In this document: piece after piece, positions 17,609 through 28,801 of the stretch
Numbering within the stretch: the first letter of the stretch is position 1
How the letters are laid out: every line of letters starts with the position of its first letter
Source: a plasmid
Reading direction: 5' to 3' (one strand)
Sequence record: NZ_CP104306.1
Length of the DNA stretch: 64,000 nucleotides
Program-made: the position numbers and the translations under genes
The notes under the pieces: model-generated
Databases searched by the model: none
Told to the model about the DNA's origin: nothing
What the model saw: the letters and a program-made list of their open reading frames with translations, nothing else

Positions 17609-19517
17609 GTTCTTGCTTCGTCACCTGGAAGTGCATATGCAGTTTTTCAGATCCTAGCAGGAACATGGCTTCACCTTTATCAAACTTAGGAATCTGTAAA
17701 AATTCGCTAGGTGACAAAATATCACCTAACAACTGGCGCAAAATACGTGGATTTTTTTCTGTTCCAATGGTTGTCGCATCATGCTTTAAAACAATCTTGT
17801 ATTGGCATAAGGTATAAATTTGTCTGAGCGCATTAATGGCACTGACCGTATCACGATCTTGCGCATTGTCACCACTAGGAAACATCCGCTCCAACCGCTG
17901 TGTTGCTAAACAAATGGCACCAAAGGCTTTACGATCTTCTGACATGATTCGGACAAACAAATCGGCAACATATGCCTTGTTGGTGTTCAACAAGGTGTGA
18001 CATTCATCAACGACCAATAAGAAGTGGTGAATATCCTCAAGCGATCGCTCACCGTCATCAAACGCCTTCTTTTCAATGCGTCCTTGTTTCATACAAACGT
18101 TGTAGCTTGAAATCAACGCATTATAAATCTGTAAGTCCTGTACTTCTTCTGGGTAAGAATCCGCAAGCGCTGAAAGGTCATAGGAAACCACCAACTCACC
18201 GTCATAATCAGGCAAGGTAGAATGCACATCAAACAATTCGCCATAAGTCTTCCGCAAATTGTTAAGGGTGACATAGATCTGATCTAGCAGTTTCTTTTCC
18301 ATATCGTCCGTGCGGTTTTGCCGTTTTTGATCAACGAAGTCAATGAGTTGACTGAGCGTGGGATAATCATTGGCGTCTCGCTCCGTAATAAAAGGCTTCT
18401 GAGTTAAGCCAATGCTGTCCCCTAGAAGCCCTAGTTGACGATACAAGCCGTCGCATTGGGTTGCGAAGTATTGTGCTTCCTGACCGCTGGCATCGTGATT
18501 AAACAAGCGATATTTCACACTCAAGTCCTTGAGATGAGCTTTGTAGCTGCCAACTGGATCAACTTCGTTGCTATCACCCACGGTCACACTTGGATAAACC
18601 TGCAACAGGTTAATTGTACCGTCACGACCATCTAAACTAACGACCTTCCCACCTAGCGCGTGTACCGTGTCTCTAAATTCACCAGACCGATCAAAGATAC
18701 GCACTAGGTCACTCCGAATCGCACGCTCCCAAATAATCTTTTTGAGTTGCGTTGATTTACCTGATCCCAGGTCACCACTCAAAAACAGATTATAGTAAGT
18801 TCGCTGCTTATCGACTAAAAACTGATCCCAATAGACGGTTCCGCCAGTCTGTGTGTAGCCAAAATAAGACCCAAACGGGTCATTCAAAGAGGTTTGATTA
18901 TGCGCAAAACTCAAGCCTAACACTTCACCGCTCAACGGAATTCCTTCGCGCGCATTCTTCAAGTACCGCTGTTCGCCAGCAGGTAGAAACATTGCCTGGT
19001 ACTCTTCCATACCTTCACCGAGGAAGACTGAGGCCTTGAAGCTCATTTTGCGAATCTGCTTCACGACTTCGTTTACTTTACGTTCCAATTGATCACGAGT
19101 TGCTGCATAACAATATACTCGAATGTAGGTTTGTCTGATGACCTCACCGTCTTTACGTAGTGCTAAGCTCAATGATCGCAGCGGGTCAATTTCATTTTGA
19201 ATCTCATCAGAATCGGCAATATTCTTCGCATGATCTAATTGCACCGTCAGTTCTGTAATAGCTTCCGCAATGTTGTCAACGAAGTCCGCCTTGGTATTGT
19301 TGACCGTATCTACCGTTGTTGTCACGCCGGGGATCTCAGTAATACCTGTGAGCCAAAAGTCGCTGAACTCCTCCGGAATATCAAAAATATGGATCGTCGT
19401 CATATAGTGATCACCCATATTCAGATAAAGTTCGTTTCGCGTATCAATACCGCCTGCAGGCTGTGTTTTGAAAACAAAGTGCTGATCTAAATCAAACTTC
19501 TTCAGTTTCACTAACAC
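17583..19517 (-). CDS. VirB4-family conjugal transfer ATPase (TraE/PrgJ-like)
   Basis: Walker A LSGDLGSGKST. Length is 644 aa, within the T4SS operon. Confidence 0.8.
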   Translation of the reverse strand: MLVKLKKFDLDQHFVFKTQPAGGIDTRNELYLNMGDHYMTTIHIFDIPEEFSDFWLTGITEIPGVTTTVDTVNNTKADFVDNIAEAITELTVQLDHAKNIADSDEIQNEIDPLRSLSLALRKDGEVIRQTYIRVYCYAATRDQLERKVNEVVKQIRKMSFKASVFLGEGMEEYQAMFLPAGEQRYLKNAREGIPLSGEVLGLSFAHNQTSLNDPFGSYFGYTQTGGTVYWDQFLVDKQRTYYNLFLSGDLGSGKSTQLKKIIWERAIRSDLVRIFDRSGEFRDTVHALGGKVVSLDGRDGTINLLQVYPSVTVGDSNEVDPVGSYKAHLKDLSVKYRLFNHDASGQEAQYFATQCDGLYRQLGLLGDSIGLTQKPFITERDANDYPTLSQLIDFVDQKRQNRTDDMEKKLLDQIYVTLNNLRKTYGELFDVHSTLPDYDGELVVSYDLSALADSYPEEVQDLQIYNALISSYNVCMKQGRIEKKAFDDGERSLEDIHHFLLVVDECHTLLNTNKAYVADLFVRIMSEDRKAFGAICLATQRLERMFPSGDNAQDRDTVSAINALRQIYTLCQYKIVLKHDATTIGTEKNPRILRQLLGDILSPSEFLQIPKFDKGEAMFLLGSEKLHMHFQVTKQELAVFKGGA

Positions 19518-20139
19518 TCACCTCCGGATTATTCATCATCTGTAACATCTTCTCCTTTTCAGCAAGTCCAGCACGCTCAAAGGTATAAAGCGTTGAAGCA
19601 TGCCTAGCTAATTCGAGATTTCTTTCTAGCTCCGGCACACTGTCGCCAAAGAACCAGATCCAACTGCTTAGCTTGCGATAGGTTTTTTCTAGCTGCTTAA
19701 GAACAGCTAGGTCGTGTTGCAACAGCTCAAGATAAATGGGATTACGTGTTTGCTCAATTTTCCGCCGGAAATAAGTCTGTTGCCGTTGGTTGGTCTCTGG
19801 AAAATTCATGTATAGTTCCTTGATCGAACCAGGGTATTGTTGATGTAACCCCCAAAGCTCACTCTCAATCTGATCGGCGTCATCAACAGACAGTTCAAAC
19901 AAATCAAAGCTTTTGGGCTTGAACACGTCCGCATAGAACAAGAGGCCATTGTGAGCCAGCTTAATGTAGCCAGAATTTGTGATACCGACTACCGGGTAAA
20001 TACGACCAACGCCATCCTTGCGTTCCTTTTTCTTGGCTGCCTCTTTTTGGCGTTTACGTGCTTCAACAGCGTCAAACTTCGTTGCCACGATGCTCACCTC
20101 GCTTGAATAGTAGTTGTCTAATTGGGTCGTCAATTGCAT
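19492..20139 (-). CDS. T4SS protein of unknown function
   Basis: Its position between VirB3-like and VirB4 is conserved in Gram-positive T4SS operons. Confidence 0.35.
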   Translation of the reverse strand: MQLTTQLDNYYSSEVSIVATKFDAVEARKRQKEAAKKKERKDGVGRIYPVVGITNSGYIKLAHNGLLFYADVFKPKSFDLFELSVDDADQIESELWGLHQQYPGSIKELYMNFPETNQRQQTYFRRKIEQTRNPIYLELLQHDLAVLKQLEKTYRKLSSWIWFFGDSVPELERNLELARHASTLYTFERAGLAEKEKMLQMMNNPEVSVSETEEV

Positions 20140-20407
20140 GGTAAATAGCCCGCTTGCGCAGCAACAATTGTTTCATGACCTGCAAGTTGTTCTTTTGTGG
20201 TACACCGGATTGGATTCGTAATGCCGCAGTTAGCACAAACATTAAGATCAATCCAAACAGCGCGACAGCCATGGGCGTTGTGACTATTAGCACAACGAAA
20301 GTGACCCCAGAAACAGCGCCCGCAATGAAGACATCGCGAATGGTCAAGAGCTTGTTGTATTGTCCTTTGACAATGAGACGGCGCGAATAAATCACCTTAT
20401 GAGCCAT
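20072..20407 (-). CDS. Small membrane protein, VirB3-like
   Basis: Two hydrophobic helices (VSGVTFVVLIVTTPMAVALFGLILMFVLTAAL). It sits immediately upstream of VirB4. Confidence 0.4.
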   Translation of the reverse strand: MAHKVIYSRRLIVKGQYNKLLTIRDVFIAGAVSGVTFVVLIVTTPMAVALFGLILMFVLTAALRIQSGVPQKNNLQVMKQLLLRKRAIYHAIDDPIRQLLFKRGEHRGNEV

Positions 20408-20412
20408 TTAAG

Positions 20413-22485
20413 TCACCTCCTAAAGGTAGGCTGTTCATTATGATTTTGATATGAGTTCTTTGCACTTTGGATTACTTTGCGTGTATTGCTTGGAATGGCG
20501 GCCCCACGATTATAAGAGCGCTGTGCCAACCGAACAGTTTGCGAATGTTTGGCAAGTGCTGGGACAATTCTGCCACCCCACATTTGACCAAGCGTTCGTG
20601 TCTCAGCTGGAATTTGTTTTGGTTGTGCGCCATTATCAATGGACTGCGCCCCTGACGCTACTGCTGATCCTGAAACTGCTTGTGTGCTGCCGTCTGATCC
20701 CGCTCCAATAGAGGCGTGTGCACCAGCATGACCACCAATATTACCGGTCTGTGGCTGCTCCTGAGTATGAGTCCCGGTCGCAAAGCTTGCCCCTTTAGGC
20801 GCCGCTTGTCCCATCGTACGTTGAGCTGTTTTAGGTTTTGAAAGCTCGCCTTGTTCTCCTTGCATTGGTTCACTCCCACTAAGTGAGGCCATGTCCGGCC
20901 CAGCTGCTGCTGGTGTTTCACTTGCCGGTTCAGTGCCACTCAACGAAGCCATATCTGGCCCTACTGCTGCCGGCATCTCGCTTGCCGGTTCAGTGCCACT
21001 CAGTGAAGCCATATCTGGTCCATTGACCGCTGGTGCCTCACTGGCTGGCTCTGTACCGCTCAACGAAGCCATATCTGGCCCAGCAACGCTCGATGAGGTT
21101 GGATTAGCGTCTGTGCCACTTTGTTTGCCAAGCTCTGGATCTGTTGTCGCTGGTGTTTCCAGATCAGGAGTCGCTGCGTCTTGCTTGGCTGCTTCTGCGC
21201 CAATGCCATCAATGGATGGTTTGCTACCGCTAGAGCGATTACTCTTATTGCTCCTAAAGGCATTTGCAAAACCAGCACCATATCCCGCCGCACGAGCAGC
21301 GCCATGCGCCGTTGCGTGTGCCGCATTGTTGACACCCCGTGCCATACCACGACCTAGGCCACCAGCGGCACGAAGACCCATCGCACCACCAACAAGGGTT
21401 GCCCCAATACCACGTGCACCGCCATCCATGCCAAACAAACTTGTCACAATGTTTGGACCATTAATCAAAAACATGGCTCCAGCAATAATTCCGAAACACT
21501 GTGCTACTGGGCTTTGTTGATTTGCTGGATTCGCAAGGGCACTTGTCCAGAAGGTGAATAGTTGTAACATGACCGAGGTTAAAAACAACACGATAAAGGT
21601 ATCGCGCAGCTTTTGTATCAAGGCTAAATTACGTTTGCCTGAATCAATATCAGACAAGGCCATTCCTTGCGCCAGCATGGTAATAAAGCCGATTTCCATA
21701 ATGGATACGAAAACCTTGATAATGACCAAGATGATCGCAATGGTAAACGCAAATAACTCGAAAAACGTCAGATACGGATGGAATGAGTAACGGTAGTAAG
21801 CAATATCGTGGAAGAATGCCTTCATATCGCGTAATTGATACTTACCGTCACCGCCCATTGTCAGCTGATGCGACATGATTTCATTCCCAGTCGCATTTAG
21901 TTTGGAGCCAGCATGATTCAATAGCGTATTCCCAGTATCCAGTGTCTCATTAATATCTAGGTTATTGACGTCGTCAATTGTTTTGATGCTCGTGCTTGGA
22001 TTGGGTGATAGGGATTTCCAACCATCATTGTTGACCCGCATTAGATCAGTCATATTGTTGGAGACGATTGAGACCGCCGGACGAGCTTTTTGTAGTGATG
22101 TTCCGACGCCAGCAACGACCAATCCAGACAGGGTTGACGTCAAGGTACCAAGGCCAATGAAGATAAACAACGCCACCATGAGATTGTTGATCTTCTGGTG
22201 AAAGTCAGTCTTGGTACGATGAATCATCATGAAACCGACCCAGGCAATCCCAAGCGTACAAAGAACCCAAAAGATGGGTTGATACGCGGCAACAAAGCCA
22301 CTGACATCTTTTGAGTTCCAAAAGTCGATGAGTTTAAACGCTTGACTGTACATACTGGTCAAACCATCAGCCAAATTCGCTAACATGCGAATGATTTGCC
22401 AGCCAATCCAGCGTAGGCCATCGTTGATCCATGTTGCTTTGTGCAACACTGGCTGAAACTTTTCCAAATATTCAATGGTACTCAA
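20413..22485 (-). CDS. VirB6-like polytopic membrane protein with a C-terminal repetitive, low-complexity domain
   Basis: Multiple transmembrane helices in the N-terminal 400 aa. The C-terminal region carries four 20-aa repeats GPDMASLSGTEPASExPAxx. Confidence 0.6.
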   Translation of the reverse strand: MSTIEYLEKFQPVLHKATWINDGLRWIGWQIIRMLANLADGLTSMYSQAFKLIDFWNSKDVSGFVAAYQPIFWVLCTLGIAWVGFMMIHRTKTDFHQKINNLMVALFIFIGLGTLTSTLSGLVVAGVGTSLQKARPAVSIVSNNMTDLMRVNNDGWKSLSPNPSTSIKTIDDVNNLDINETLDTGNTLLNHAGSKLNATGNEIMSHQLTMGGDGKYQLRDMKAFFHDIAYYRYSFHPYLTFFELFAFTIAIILVIIKVFVSIMEIGFITMLAQGMALSDIDSGKRNLALIQKLRDTFIVLFLTSVMLQLFTFWTSALANPANQQSPVAQCFGIIAGAMFLINGPNIVTSLFGMDGGARGIGATLVGGAMGLRAAGGLGRGMARGVNNAAHATAHGAARAAGYGAGFANAFRSNKSNRSSGSKPSIDGIGAEAAKQDAATPDLETPATTDPELGKQSGTDANPTSSSVAGPDMASLSGTEPASEAPAVNGPDMASLSGTEPASEMPAAVGPDMASLSGTEPASETPAAAGPDMASLSGSEPMQGEQGELSKPKTAQRTMGQAAPKGASFATGTHTQEQPQTGNIGGHAGAHASIGAGSDGSTQAVSGSAVASGAQSIDNGAQPKQIPAETRTLGQMWGGRIVPALAKHSQTVRLAQRSYNRGAAIPSNTRKVIQSAKNSYQNHNEQPTFRR
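20881..21120. repeat. Tandem 60-bp coding repeats (about 4 copies) inside the VirB6-like gene
   Basis: Units start at 20881, 20941, 21001 and 21061 (aagtgaggccatgtccggccc...cagtgccact), giving a period of exactly 60 bp. Confidence 0.7.
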
Positions 22486-24938
22486 GCATTGTCACCTTCT
22501 TTCTTCTTGAATGCGTCTAACTTTTGATAGGCAAAATCCAGTTGCGCAGCAAAGTTTTTCATGGCTCGCCGAGCATTTAGCCAATGAGCCATCGCTTCAA
22601 CAGAATCTAGCGATTGATATTCAGCGTAGTCATCTTGTGTGAGCAGCTCCTGAACGCCCTTTTCAATCATTTGAAGTTGCGATTTACTAAACAAAGTCGA
22701 TAGCGGCGTCGCTTGTTGATCAATCTCTGTAGTGATTTGTTTCTTAGGGTCTTTAGGTTCCGGTTCCTCTGAGCGGTTAATATTGTCCTGATCTGATTTT
22801 GAATCCTCTGTCGATTTTTTTAAGTCCAATGCTGGTGTGTTTTCTGTATTTTGATCTGAATTTTCGTCAGTTGCTGCTTGTTCAGACGCATTTTGCTCTA
22901 CCTGCGGCTCATCGTTTTCGGTATTGAGTGAATGACCATTCACTTTAACTGTGATTTCAGGATCATCATTTTCATTCTGCGGTTCAATCGTTGTCACGGT
23001 AATATCCAGCAACATTTTTTTGAGATCAATATCGTTATGCGCTGGCTTCTTGTCGCCATACAACTCGGCAAAGGTTGCCTGGTGATTAAACCGCGTCAGA
23101 TATTCAAACGAGAATGGTAACTCCGTGCCCTCATCCGGATTAGCATGAATCGGCCAAGCCGTAATTGAACGATTCTCAAGATCAGACCGTTGCTTACTAC
23201 GAATTAGCACCACCTCGCCTTTTCTGAGTCGAAGCAACTCATCGGGCATCATCAGTCTTCTCGTCTCTTGAGACTCACCAAACGACTTGTCCGTGTCCAT
23301 TGGTGCCCCGTGACGCGATGGTGCAATCACTGTTGTTTGCCCAATTTGCTTGGAGAAGTATTCTGCATCATCGTAGTTGTCAGCCAAAATGTCATACTTG
23401 TTGCCACAGGCACCCATGATTTCGGCAGCGCCTTCCTTGCCATAATTGGCCTCCAACTGTGCAATTGACTGCAAAATCAGGTAATAGACCAGACCACGTC
23501 CACGACCAACGTTGAGGTAATGTGGTAGTCCTTCAATACGTGGCAAGTTACCTAGTTCCTCATACAGATTAATCACCCGCCGCTTGAGCTTTGAGTCAGC
23601 TGCGAGCGTCGCCATCTTAGCCAACACGTAGCCCACCTGCGATAGAAAGGTCGCCACTAGTGAGTAGTTCGAGTTGTCGTAATCTGGGTAGATGATAAAG
23701 AAAGCCACTGGTTTGTCACCAGTGGCTAAGTCGGCAATATTAAAGTCATTTGTGGCCGTTAAGCGGCCAATATTACTAAAGGCGTAGTTCTTAATGCCTG
23801 CCATCGTACCAGTAAAGATACCGCTACGGGTAATCCCTTGCGAAAATTGAATTGTGCCATACTGCAATTTGGCTGGATCACCAGAGGGCAACTTGGAGAA
23901 GAACTTGTCCAGTTTGGTCATGCCATTCTCATCTGGATTAGCCCCTAGTTCACTCAACATAGTGGTGACAGTATACATCGTGATTTTCTCAGGTGTGTGT
24001 TGATCAAAGCAGACCTTACATACCGCTAGAATGAGGGCATTCAGTAGTGAAATCGAAGACTGTTCCCACATTGGTTCCTTTGCATTCGGATTGTGGAAAA
24101 TACTGTAGGAAAAGGTATTGCACAACATCTGCGCATTATCAAAGTCTCCAGCAGCGTACGCTTGTTTCACTAGCTCAAGGGGGTTATAGGCAATCGAGTA
24201 AGTCGGATCAACTAGGTTTAAAGCCGCAACTCGATAACCACGTGCCTCAAATTCTGCTTTGGTGCTACGAAGCATTTCACCTTTAACATCGGTGATAATG
24301 ACAGAATCATGGACGGACGCCCGCATAATGAAATCCAGCACTGGCAGAGAGAACAGCGTTGTCTTCCCACCACCTGGCCCAGCCACAGCAACTGTATTGG
24401 TGCCACTAGTATCCACTAGATCAACGCCATGATGCTGGTCGGCACCGCGATACTGCTGCACAACAGTCTTCAATTCATATTTGTCCATTTGATCCTTTTT
24501 AATATGGAGCTGAGGTACCCCTGACTTACCGACATATGGATAGTCATTTAATGGAATGGCGATACTTGCGGCCGCCACCTCTGCCACCCGTGCAAAGCGT
24601 CCGGTGCCTTTTTGTCCAGTATTAATCGACTGAAAGGCTTTGCGCCAGCGATAGGTGCGTATGAGTACATAAATGACCAGCGCAACTAGGCCAACCAAGT
24701 ACAACAGCACTACCAGCAGATAGGTGAAATCAGGCCATAAAAAATTAGCCGGATGTAGTACCGTTGCGACAATTGTTTGTAAACTAGGTGCCTGTTTCAT
24801 CAGTTTTAGGAACATTGATGGAATATGTGTCAACCAATTAAGAATCAGTAGACCACCTATCAACCACAGACCTGCAATTGCGATTAGAAATCGTTTGTTG
24901 CCAAGTGCTTCACGCCACTGCCTTTTTTCGTGGTTCAT
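22482..24938 (-). CDS. Type IV coupling protein (VirD4/TraG family)
   Basis: N-terminal transmembrane segments, Walker A VAVAGPGGGKTT, and a long acidic C-terminal tail. Length is 818 aa. Confidence 0.8.
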   Translation of the reverse strand: MNHEKRQWREALGNKRFLIAIAGLWLIGGLLILNWLTHIPSMFLKLMKQAPSLQTIVATVLHPANFLWPDFTYLLVVLLYLVGLVALVIYVLIRTYRWRKAFQSINTGQKGTGRFARVAEVAAASIAIPLNDYPYVGKSGVPQLHIKKDQMDKYELKTVVQQYRGADQHHGVDLVDTSGTNTVAVAGPGGGKTTLFSLPVLDFIMRASVHDSVIITDVKGEMLRSTKAEFEARGYRVAALNLVDPTYSIAYNPLELVKQAYAAGDFDNAQMLCNTFSYSIFHNPNAKEPMWEQSSISLLNALILAVCKVCFDQHTPEKITMYTVTTMLSELGANPDENGMTKLDKFFSKLPSGDPAKLQYGTIQFSQGITRSGIFTGTMAGIKNYAFSNIGRLTATNDFNIADLATGDKPVAFFIIYPDYDNSNYSLVATFLSQVGYVLAKMATLAADSKLKRRVINLYEELGNLPRIEGLPHYLNVGRGRGLVYYLILQSIAQLEANYGKEGAAEIMGACGNKYDILADNYDDAEYFSKQIGQTTVIAPSRHGAPMDTDKSFGESQETRRLMMPDELLRLRKGEVVLIRSKQRSDLENRSITAWPIHANPDEGTELPFSFEYLTRFNHQATFAELYGDKKPAHNDIDLKKMLLDITVTTIEPQNENDDPEITVKVNGHSLNTENDEPQVEQNASEQAATDENSDQNTENTPALDLKKSTEDSKSDQDNINRSEEPEPKDPKKQITTEIDQQATPLSTLFSKSQLQMIEKGVQELLTQDDYAEYQSLDSVEAMAHWLNARRAMKNFAAQLDFAYQKLDAFKKKEGDNA

Positions 24939-24964
24939 GCTGACCTCCTTTCTGCTGTCACTCG

Positions 24965-25543
24965 TTATTCACGGCGGCTCGCCATCCACTCCACTAATCG
25001 CCAATATACCTTTCTAAACCTTCGATAAGCGATTTTAAGCACGTAGAGTGCTAATGCCACGATGATCGTCATGACAATTAACATCAGTGGATGCTCTTTA
25101 ATCCCATATATGTCTTGTTCGAGAACATGTGCGTAGGCCGCCAAAACGAGCAGTCCAATCATGATGCCCCATCGAGGGAATATGACGCGCAAGCTTTGCA
25201 CAAAAAAGACCGCACATACTAGCGCAGCTGCTGTAAGAACAAATTGATATAACTGGGATTGCGTCAATAAAGCAGCGGGCAGTGCATGATACAGTAACAC
25301 CAGTGCCAACAGGCTTACAATTAGCCCAAGCGCACGCTCACTGTGCTGCCGCAACGTGATTGGCTTCATTTGGTCGACTGAAACACCCGTCTCATAGATA
25401 ATCGTTGCTGTTTTACACCACTCTCCTGCAACCGATATGCCAATCACCTGATAACCGGCCGCGATCAGGTATCGGGTGGTTTCATTAACACGATCATCGA
25501 GGCCATCGCTGGTAAAACTGGAAATTGTTTTTATCGCTCGCAT
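24965..25543 (-). CDS. Integral membrane protein (T4SS-associated)
   Basis: Four predicted transmembrane helices. Confidence 0.35.
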   Translation of the reverse strand: MRAIKTISSFTSDGLDDRVNETTRYLIAAGYQVIGISVAGEWCKTATIIYETGVSVDQMKPITLRQHSERALGLIVSLLALVLLYHALPAALLTQSQLYQFVLTAAALVCAVFFVQSLRVIFPRWGIMIGLLVLAAYAHVLEQDIYGIKEHPLMLIVMTIIVALALYVLKIAYRRFRKVYWRLVEWMASRRE

Positions 25544-25551
25544 TTTTCCTC

Positions 25552-25971
25552 CTAGTTGAAGCCTCCTGGTAATACATTGCTGTAGTTCGATGAATCTATG
25601 GGTGTGTCATTTGCCACCTTTGGTGGGTTAGTTAGTTGATCATCAACCACTGGCGCGGCCTCTTTGACGATTTTGACGAAACTGGCGGCCATAATGAAGT
25701 ATCTGGTCGTTGATTGCCCTGGTGCCTCACTGAACACACTGGCGGCAAAGCGACCAGTGATCAAAACACGATCACCCAGCTTAACGTTCTTAACGAAGTC
25801 TGCGGCAGTTTCGTTATAAAGTTTAACGGGAACATTGACCTTCTTAGTACGATCTTGATGATCTCGAATACATTCCAAATAGGCAGAAGCAGTTAGGAAA
25901 TCCTGATTTTGACGGTGTTTCACATCGGTTATGACGGTTCCTGATAATTGAACACTATTGATGTCTTCCAT
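25552..25971 (-). CDS. Single-stranded DNA-binding protein (OB-fold, SSB-like)
   Basis: NSVQLSGTVITDVKHRQ...VPVKLYNETAADFVKNVKLGDRVLITGRF has an SSB-like OB-fold pattern. Confidence 0.55.
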   Translation of the reverse strand: MEDINSVQLSGTVITDVKHRQNQDFLTASAYLECIRDHQDRTKKVNVPVKLYNETAADFVKNVKLGDRVLITGRFAASVFSEAPGQSTTRYFIMAASFVKIVKEAAPVVDDQLTNPPKVANDTPIDSSNYSNVLPGGFN

Positions 25972-25980
25972 GATGTCCTC

Positions 25981-27540
25981 CTATTCCACTGTGACCACAA
26001 TGGTCTGTTGCGTCTGTTGTCCATTCTGATCAGTTGCCGTGTAAATCAGCGTATAACGACCTGCCTTTTGCGTATTAACCTCACCCTCATAGGAAATTGT
26101 TACTGGGCCGTTAGTTGACGTTGCACTCACACCGGCCATGGGATCAAAGTGATTCCCCAGTTTAATGGTCCGATCTTGTAACCCTTTGAAAACTGGCTTT
26201 TCAGCAATCACATTAATGACACGATCCTGGGTCGTCACATGGCCCCACTTATCAACATACGAGTACGTAACCGACTTTTGTCCTGGTGTTTTGGTATCGC
26301 ATGTTGTCACCGTGAAATCACTAGGAGTCGCACTATATGGATCACTAACGGAGACCCCTTTGCGTAAATCCGGCGTTGATCCTTGTTGAACCGTCAACGC
26401 ATCAAGTCCTGAAAAACTGGCATCTTTGGCATAAACCGTAATGTTAATGGTCTTAGTTGTTTGTCCACCATCATGATCTGACACGCTATAGGTCAGTTGA
26501 GACGTCCCTAACTTAGTTGTATCAACGTTGCCTGTAACCTTAACATCCTTCGTCAAATCACCATCTTGCACATCACTTGCCGTGACATTGGCCATGGGAT
26601 CAAATGAGGTTCCCACTTCGACTGTTTGATCATTCGCACTGATAACTGGCAAATCATTGGCTACCGTGATCACGCGCTTCGCGCTGGTCGTTTGACCGGC
26701 ACTGTCGGTTACCGAATAGGTCAGGGTGTACGTTCCCTCTTTGCTTAGATCAACATTGCCCGTCACCTTAATGGCCTTAGTAAGATCGCCATCCTCTTTA
26801 TCCGAAGCCGTAATGCCATTTAGCACATCAAAAGTACCATTATGTGACAGCGAAACCGTTTGATTCTCCGGAACATTTAAAACAGGGGCAGTGTTTTGAT
26901 CCGGTTGAACAGGATTAACTGGATTTACGGGATTAACCGGGTCAACTGGGTTATCTGGGTTGTCCGGGTTGACTGGTGTAATTGGATTGACAGGTTTGTC
27001 TGGGTCAACCGGCTCTACGGGATTAACTGGTGTCGGCGTTTTGCCATCATCGTTAGTTTTACTTTGATCAGTTTGTGACGTGTCTGTTGTGTCATTGGTC
27101 AGTGGCTTTACGCTAGCCGTATCATCGCTATTGTCATTTAAAGCCTTTGGTGGCTCAACTGCCGCCGTTGCTGCCGCCAGTGATGCTTTTGCTGTTGGCG
27201 TATCTAAGGCTTTCGCAATAGTCGCAATTGGATCACTATCCAAGATATTGTTGGTTGCCGATTTGAAAGCATGATCTTCATTTGAAGTTGAGGTACTACT
27301 CTCTTCTAGGGCCTGGTCAATAATATCGTTGACTGTATTCTTGCCCTTCTCCTTCTTAGCTTGGCTACCTTTGGATGCTTTAGGCTTCTGCATCTTTTTC
27401 TGGTAAGACGAGGTGTGAGTGGCCTGTTGATCACTATGTGCTTGTGTGGCAGCCCAAAGGCCACCAGCTCCTAGTAGCGCAACGGCTGTTGTTGTGATGA
27501 TGATATGACGTTTCTTATTATTCGTTTGTTGATTCTTCAT
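25981..27540 (-). CDS. Secreted surface protein with a Pro-rich linker and repeated Ig-like (DUF5011-like) domains
   Basis: A signal peptide, PVNPVNPV repeats, and three repeats of [13 protein letters not shown]...[11 protein letters not shown]. Confidence 0.5.
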   Translation of the reverse strand: MKNQQTNNKKRHIIITTTAVALLGAGGLWAATQAHSDQQATHTSSYQKKMQKPKASKGSQAKKEKGKNTVNDIIDQALEESSTSTSNEDHAFKSATNNILDSDPIATIAKALDTPTAKASLAAATAAVEPPKALNDNSDDTASVKPLTNDTTDTSQTDQSKTNDDGKTPTPVNPVEPVDPDKPVNPITPVNPDNPDNPVDPVNPVNPVNPVQPDQNTAPVLNVPENQTVSLSHNGTFDVLNGITASDKEDGDLTKAIKVTGNVDLSKEGTYTLTYSVTDSAGQTTSAKRVITVANDLPVISANDQTVEVGTSFDPMANVTASDVQDGDLTKDVKVTGNVDTTKLGTSQLTYSVSDHDGGQTTKTINITVYAKDASFSGLDALTVQQGSTPDLRKGVSVSDPYSATPSDFTVTTCDTKTPGQKSVTYSYVDKWGHVTTQDRVINVIAEKPVFKGLQDRTIKLGNHFDPMAGVSATSTNGPVTISYEGEVNTQKAGRYTLIYTATDQNGQQTQQTIVVTVE

Positions 27541-28759
27541 AGGGACTCTTCCCTCCTAATGATTTTCTGAGTGCTAACCAGTTGTGCTGATCTTTGAGTG
27601 CTTGTTTCCGATCTGTTTCAGAGAGTTTTGGATTATTTGCGTCCGCTTTAGCCTTCTCATAGGCAGCCTGATAGGTCTTACCAACTTCAAGCACTTTGTC
27701 GGCATCTTTATTGTTCATGGATTTCGCAAGTGTCGCCGCTTGATCCAACTTTCCCTCATGAATCAACGCGAGAAAGATCAGCTGTTGCAGCTGTTGACTC
27801 TTAATTTCTGAATTGATGGTCAAAGCATTCTCTGGTTGATTCTGGTAAATATAGCTGATAGCCAGTTTTACCTTTCTAACTGCCGTTAGATCTGCATCTT
27901 GGCTTACCGAAATGACCGTTGAGAACTTCTTCTGCATATAGGCCAAATCAAAACGGCCATTATTTGATGGGTACTTTTGAACAAACGCAGCTAGCGATTT
28001 TTCATCATTATCCTTGACTAACCTAGCTTCAATATCACGATGCTTACTGGGATAGAGCTTGGCGGCTTGAACGTAAGAAGCATTCTGAATGAGTGTTTGA
28101 TAACTCGGCACAGGTTTTGGCCTCATCAAAAAGAGCATAAAAATAGCAACGACTAGAATCGTTGCTGCTGCTAACAAAGAACGCTTTATGATTTGTGCAG
28201 ATGTCCCTATTTGGGGCCGCTTTAAATGTGGAAGCCGCCACATTGGCTCCTTCCTTACCCGCCGCCTTAACGATCCTTTCCTTGATTCTTGTGGCTTTTG
28301 CTTTGTAGTGGCTGGCGCTGAGCTTCCCGCTTTACGTACTGCTTCTTCCTCTTTGGAGACAATTGGCTTGAGATGATGAGCCTTTTCTTGACGAGCAACT
28401 ACTGGCAAGGTTTCTTGGACTGCTTTTGGCTGTTCCTCAATCGTTAGTTCCTGTCTAACTCGGTCGGAAAATGCTTTAAATGCTTCAGGCGATTGATCAC
28501 TCAAGACGGTTTGGTAGGCATGATCTAGAATCAAGAGAAGGTTATGCAGCCAGCCTTGTCCTGTGCCAATTGGAAGATTATCTTCATACTCAATGCCGTC
28601 CTGACCAACAATTTTGAAGTTCACATCTTCCTTGAAGTGATGTTGAATCGCATAATCGTCAGCCGCACTAATCATCTTTTCGGCTTCGGATAAAGACAGT
28701 TGTCTCTTTTTCTTTAGAAATTGACGCAACTTTCTTGAACATTCAAATTTAGCGTACAC
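27518..28759 (-). CDS. Bitopic membrane protein (T4SS-associated)
   Basis: A cytoplasmic N-domain, one transmembrane segment (LLAAATILVVAIFMLFLM) and an extracellular C-domain. Confidence 0.35.
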   Translation of the reverse strand: MYAKFECSRKLRQFLKKKRQLSLSEAEKMISAADDYAIQHHFKEDVNFKIVGQDGIEYEDNLPIGTGQGWLHNLLLILDHAYQTVLSDQSPEAFKAFSDRVRQELTIEEQPKAVQETLPVVARQEKAHHLKPIVSKEEEAVRKAGSSAPATTKQKPQESRKGSLRRRVRKEPMWRLPHLKRPQIGTSAQIIKRSLLAAATILVVAIFMLFLMRPKPVPSYQTLIQNASYVQAAKLYPSKHRDIEARLVKDNDEKSLAAFVQKYPSNNGRFDLAYMQKKFSTVISVSQDADLTAVRKVKLAISYIYQNQPENALTINSEIKSQQLQQLIFLALIHEGKLDQAATLAKSMNNKDADKVLEVGKTYQAAYEKAKADANNPKLSETDRKQALKDQHNWLALRKSLGGKSPYEESTNE

Positions 28760-28801
28760 TGCCTTCTCCCTTCTTTTAGAGTGAGGCTTGGTCAGACCGG
28801 A

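Noticed and set aside
20881-21120. Perfect 60-bp tandem repeats that could superficially resemble a CRISPR-like array
   Set aside because: The units are contiguous with no spacers. They lie inside a long ORF and encode an in-frame 20-aa peptide repeat, so this is a coding tandem repeat, not CRISPR.
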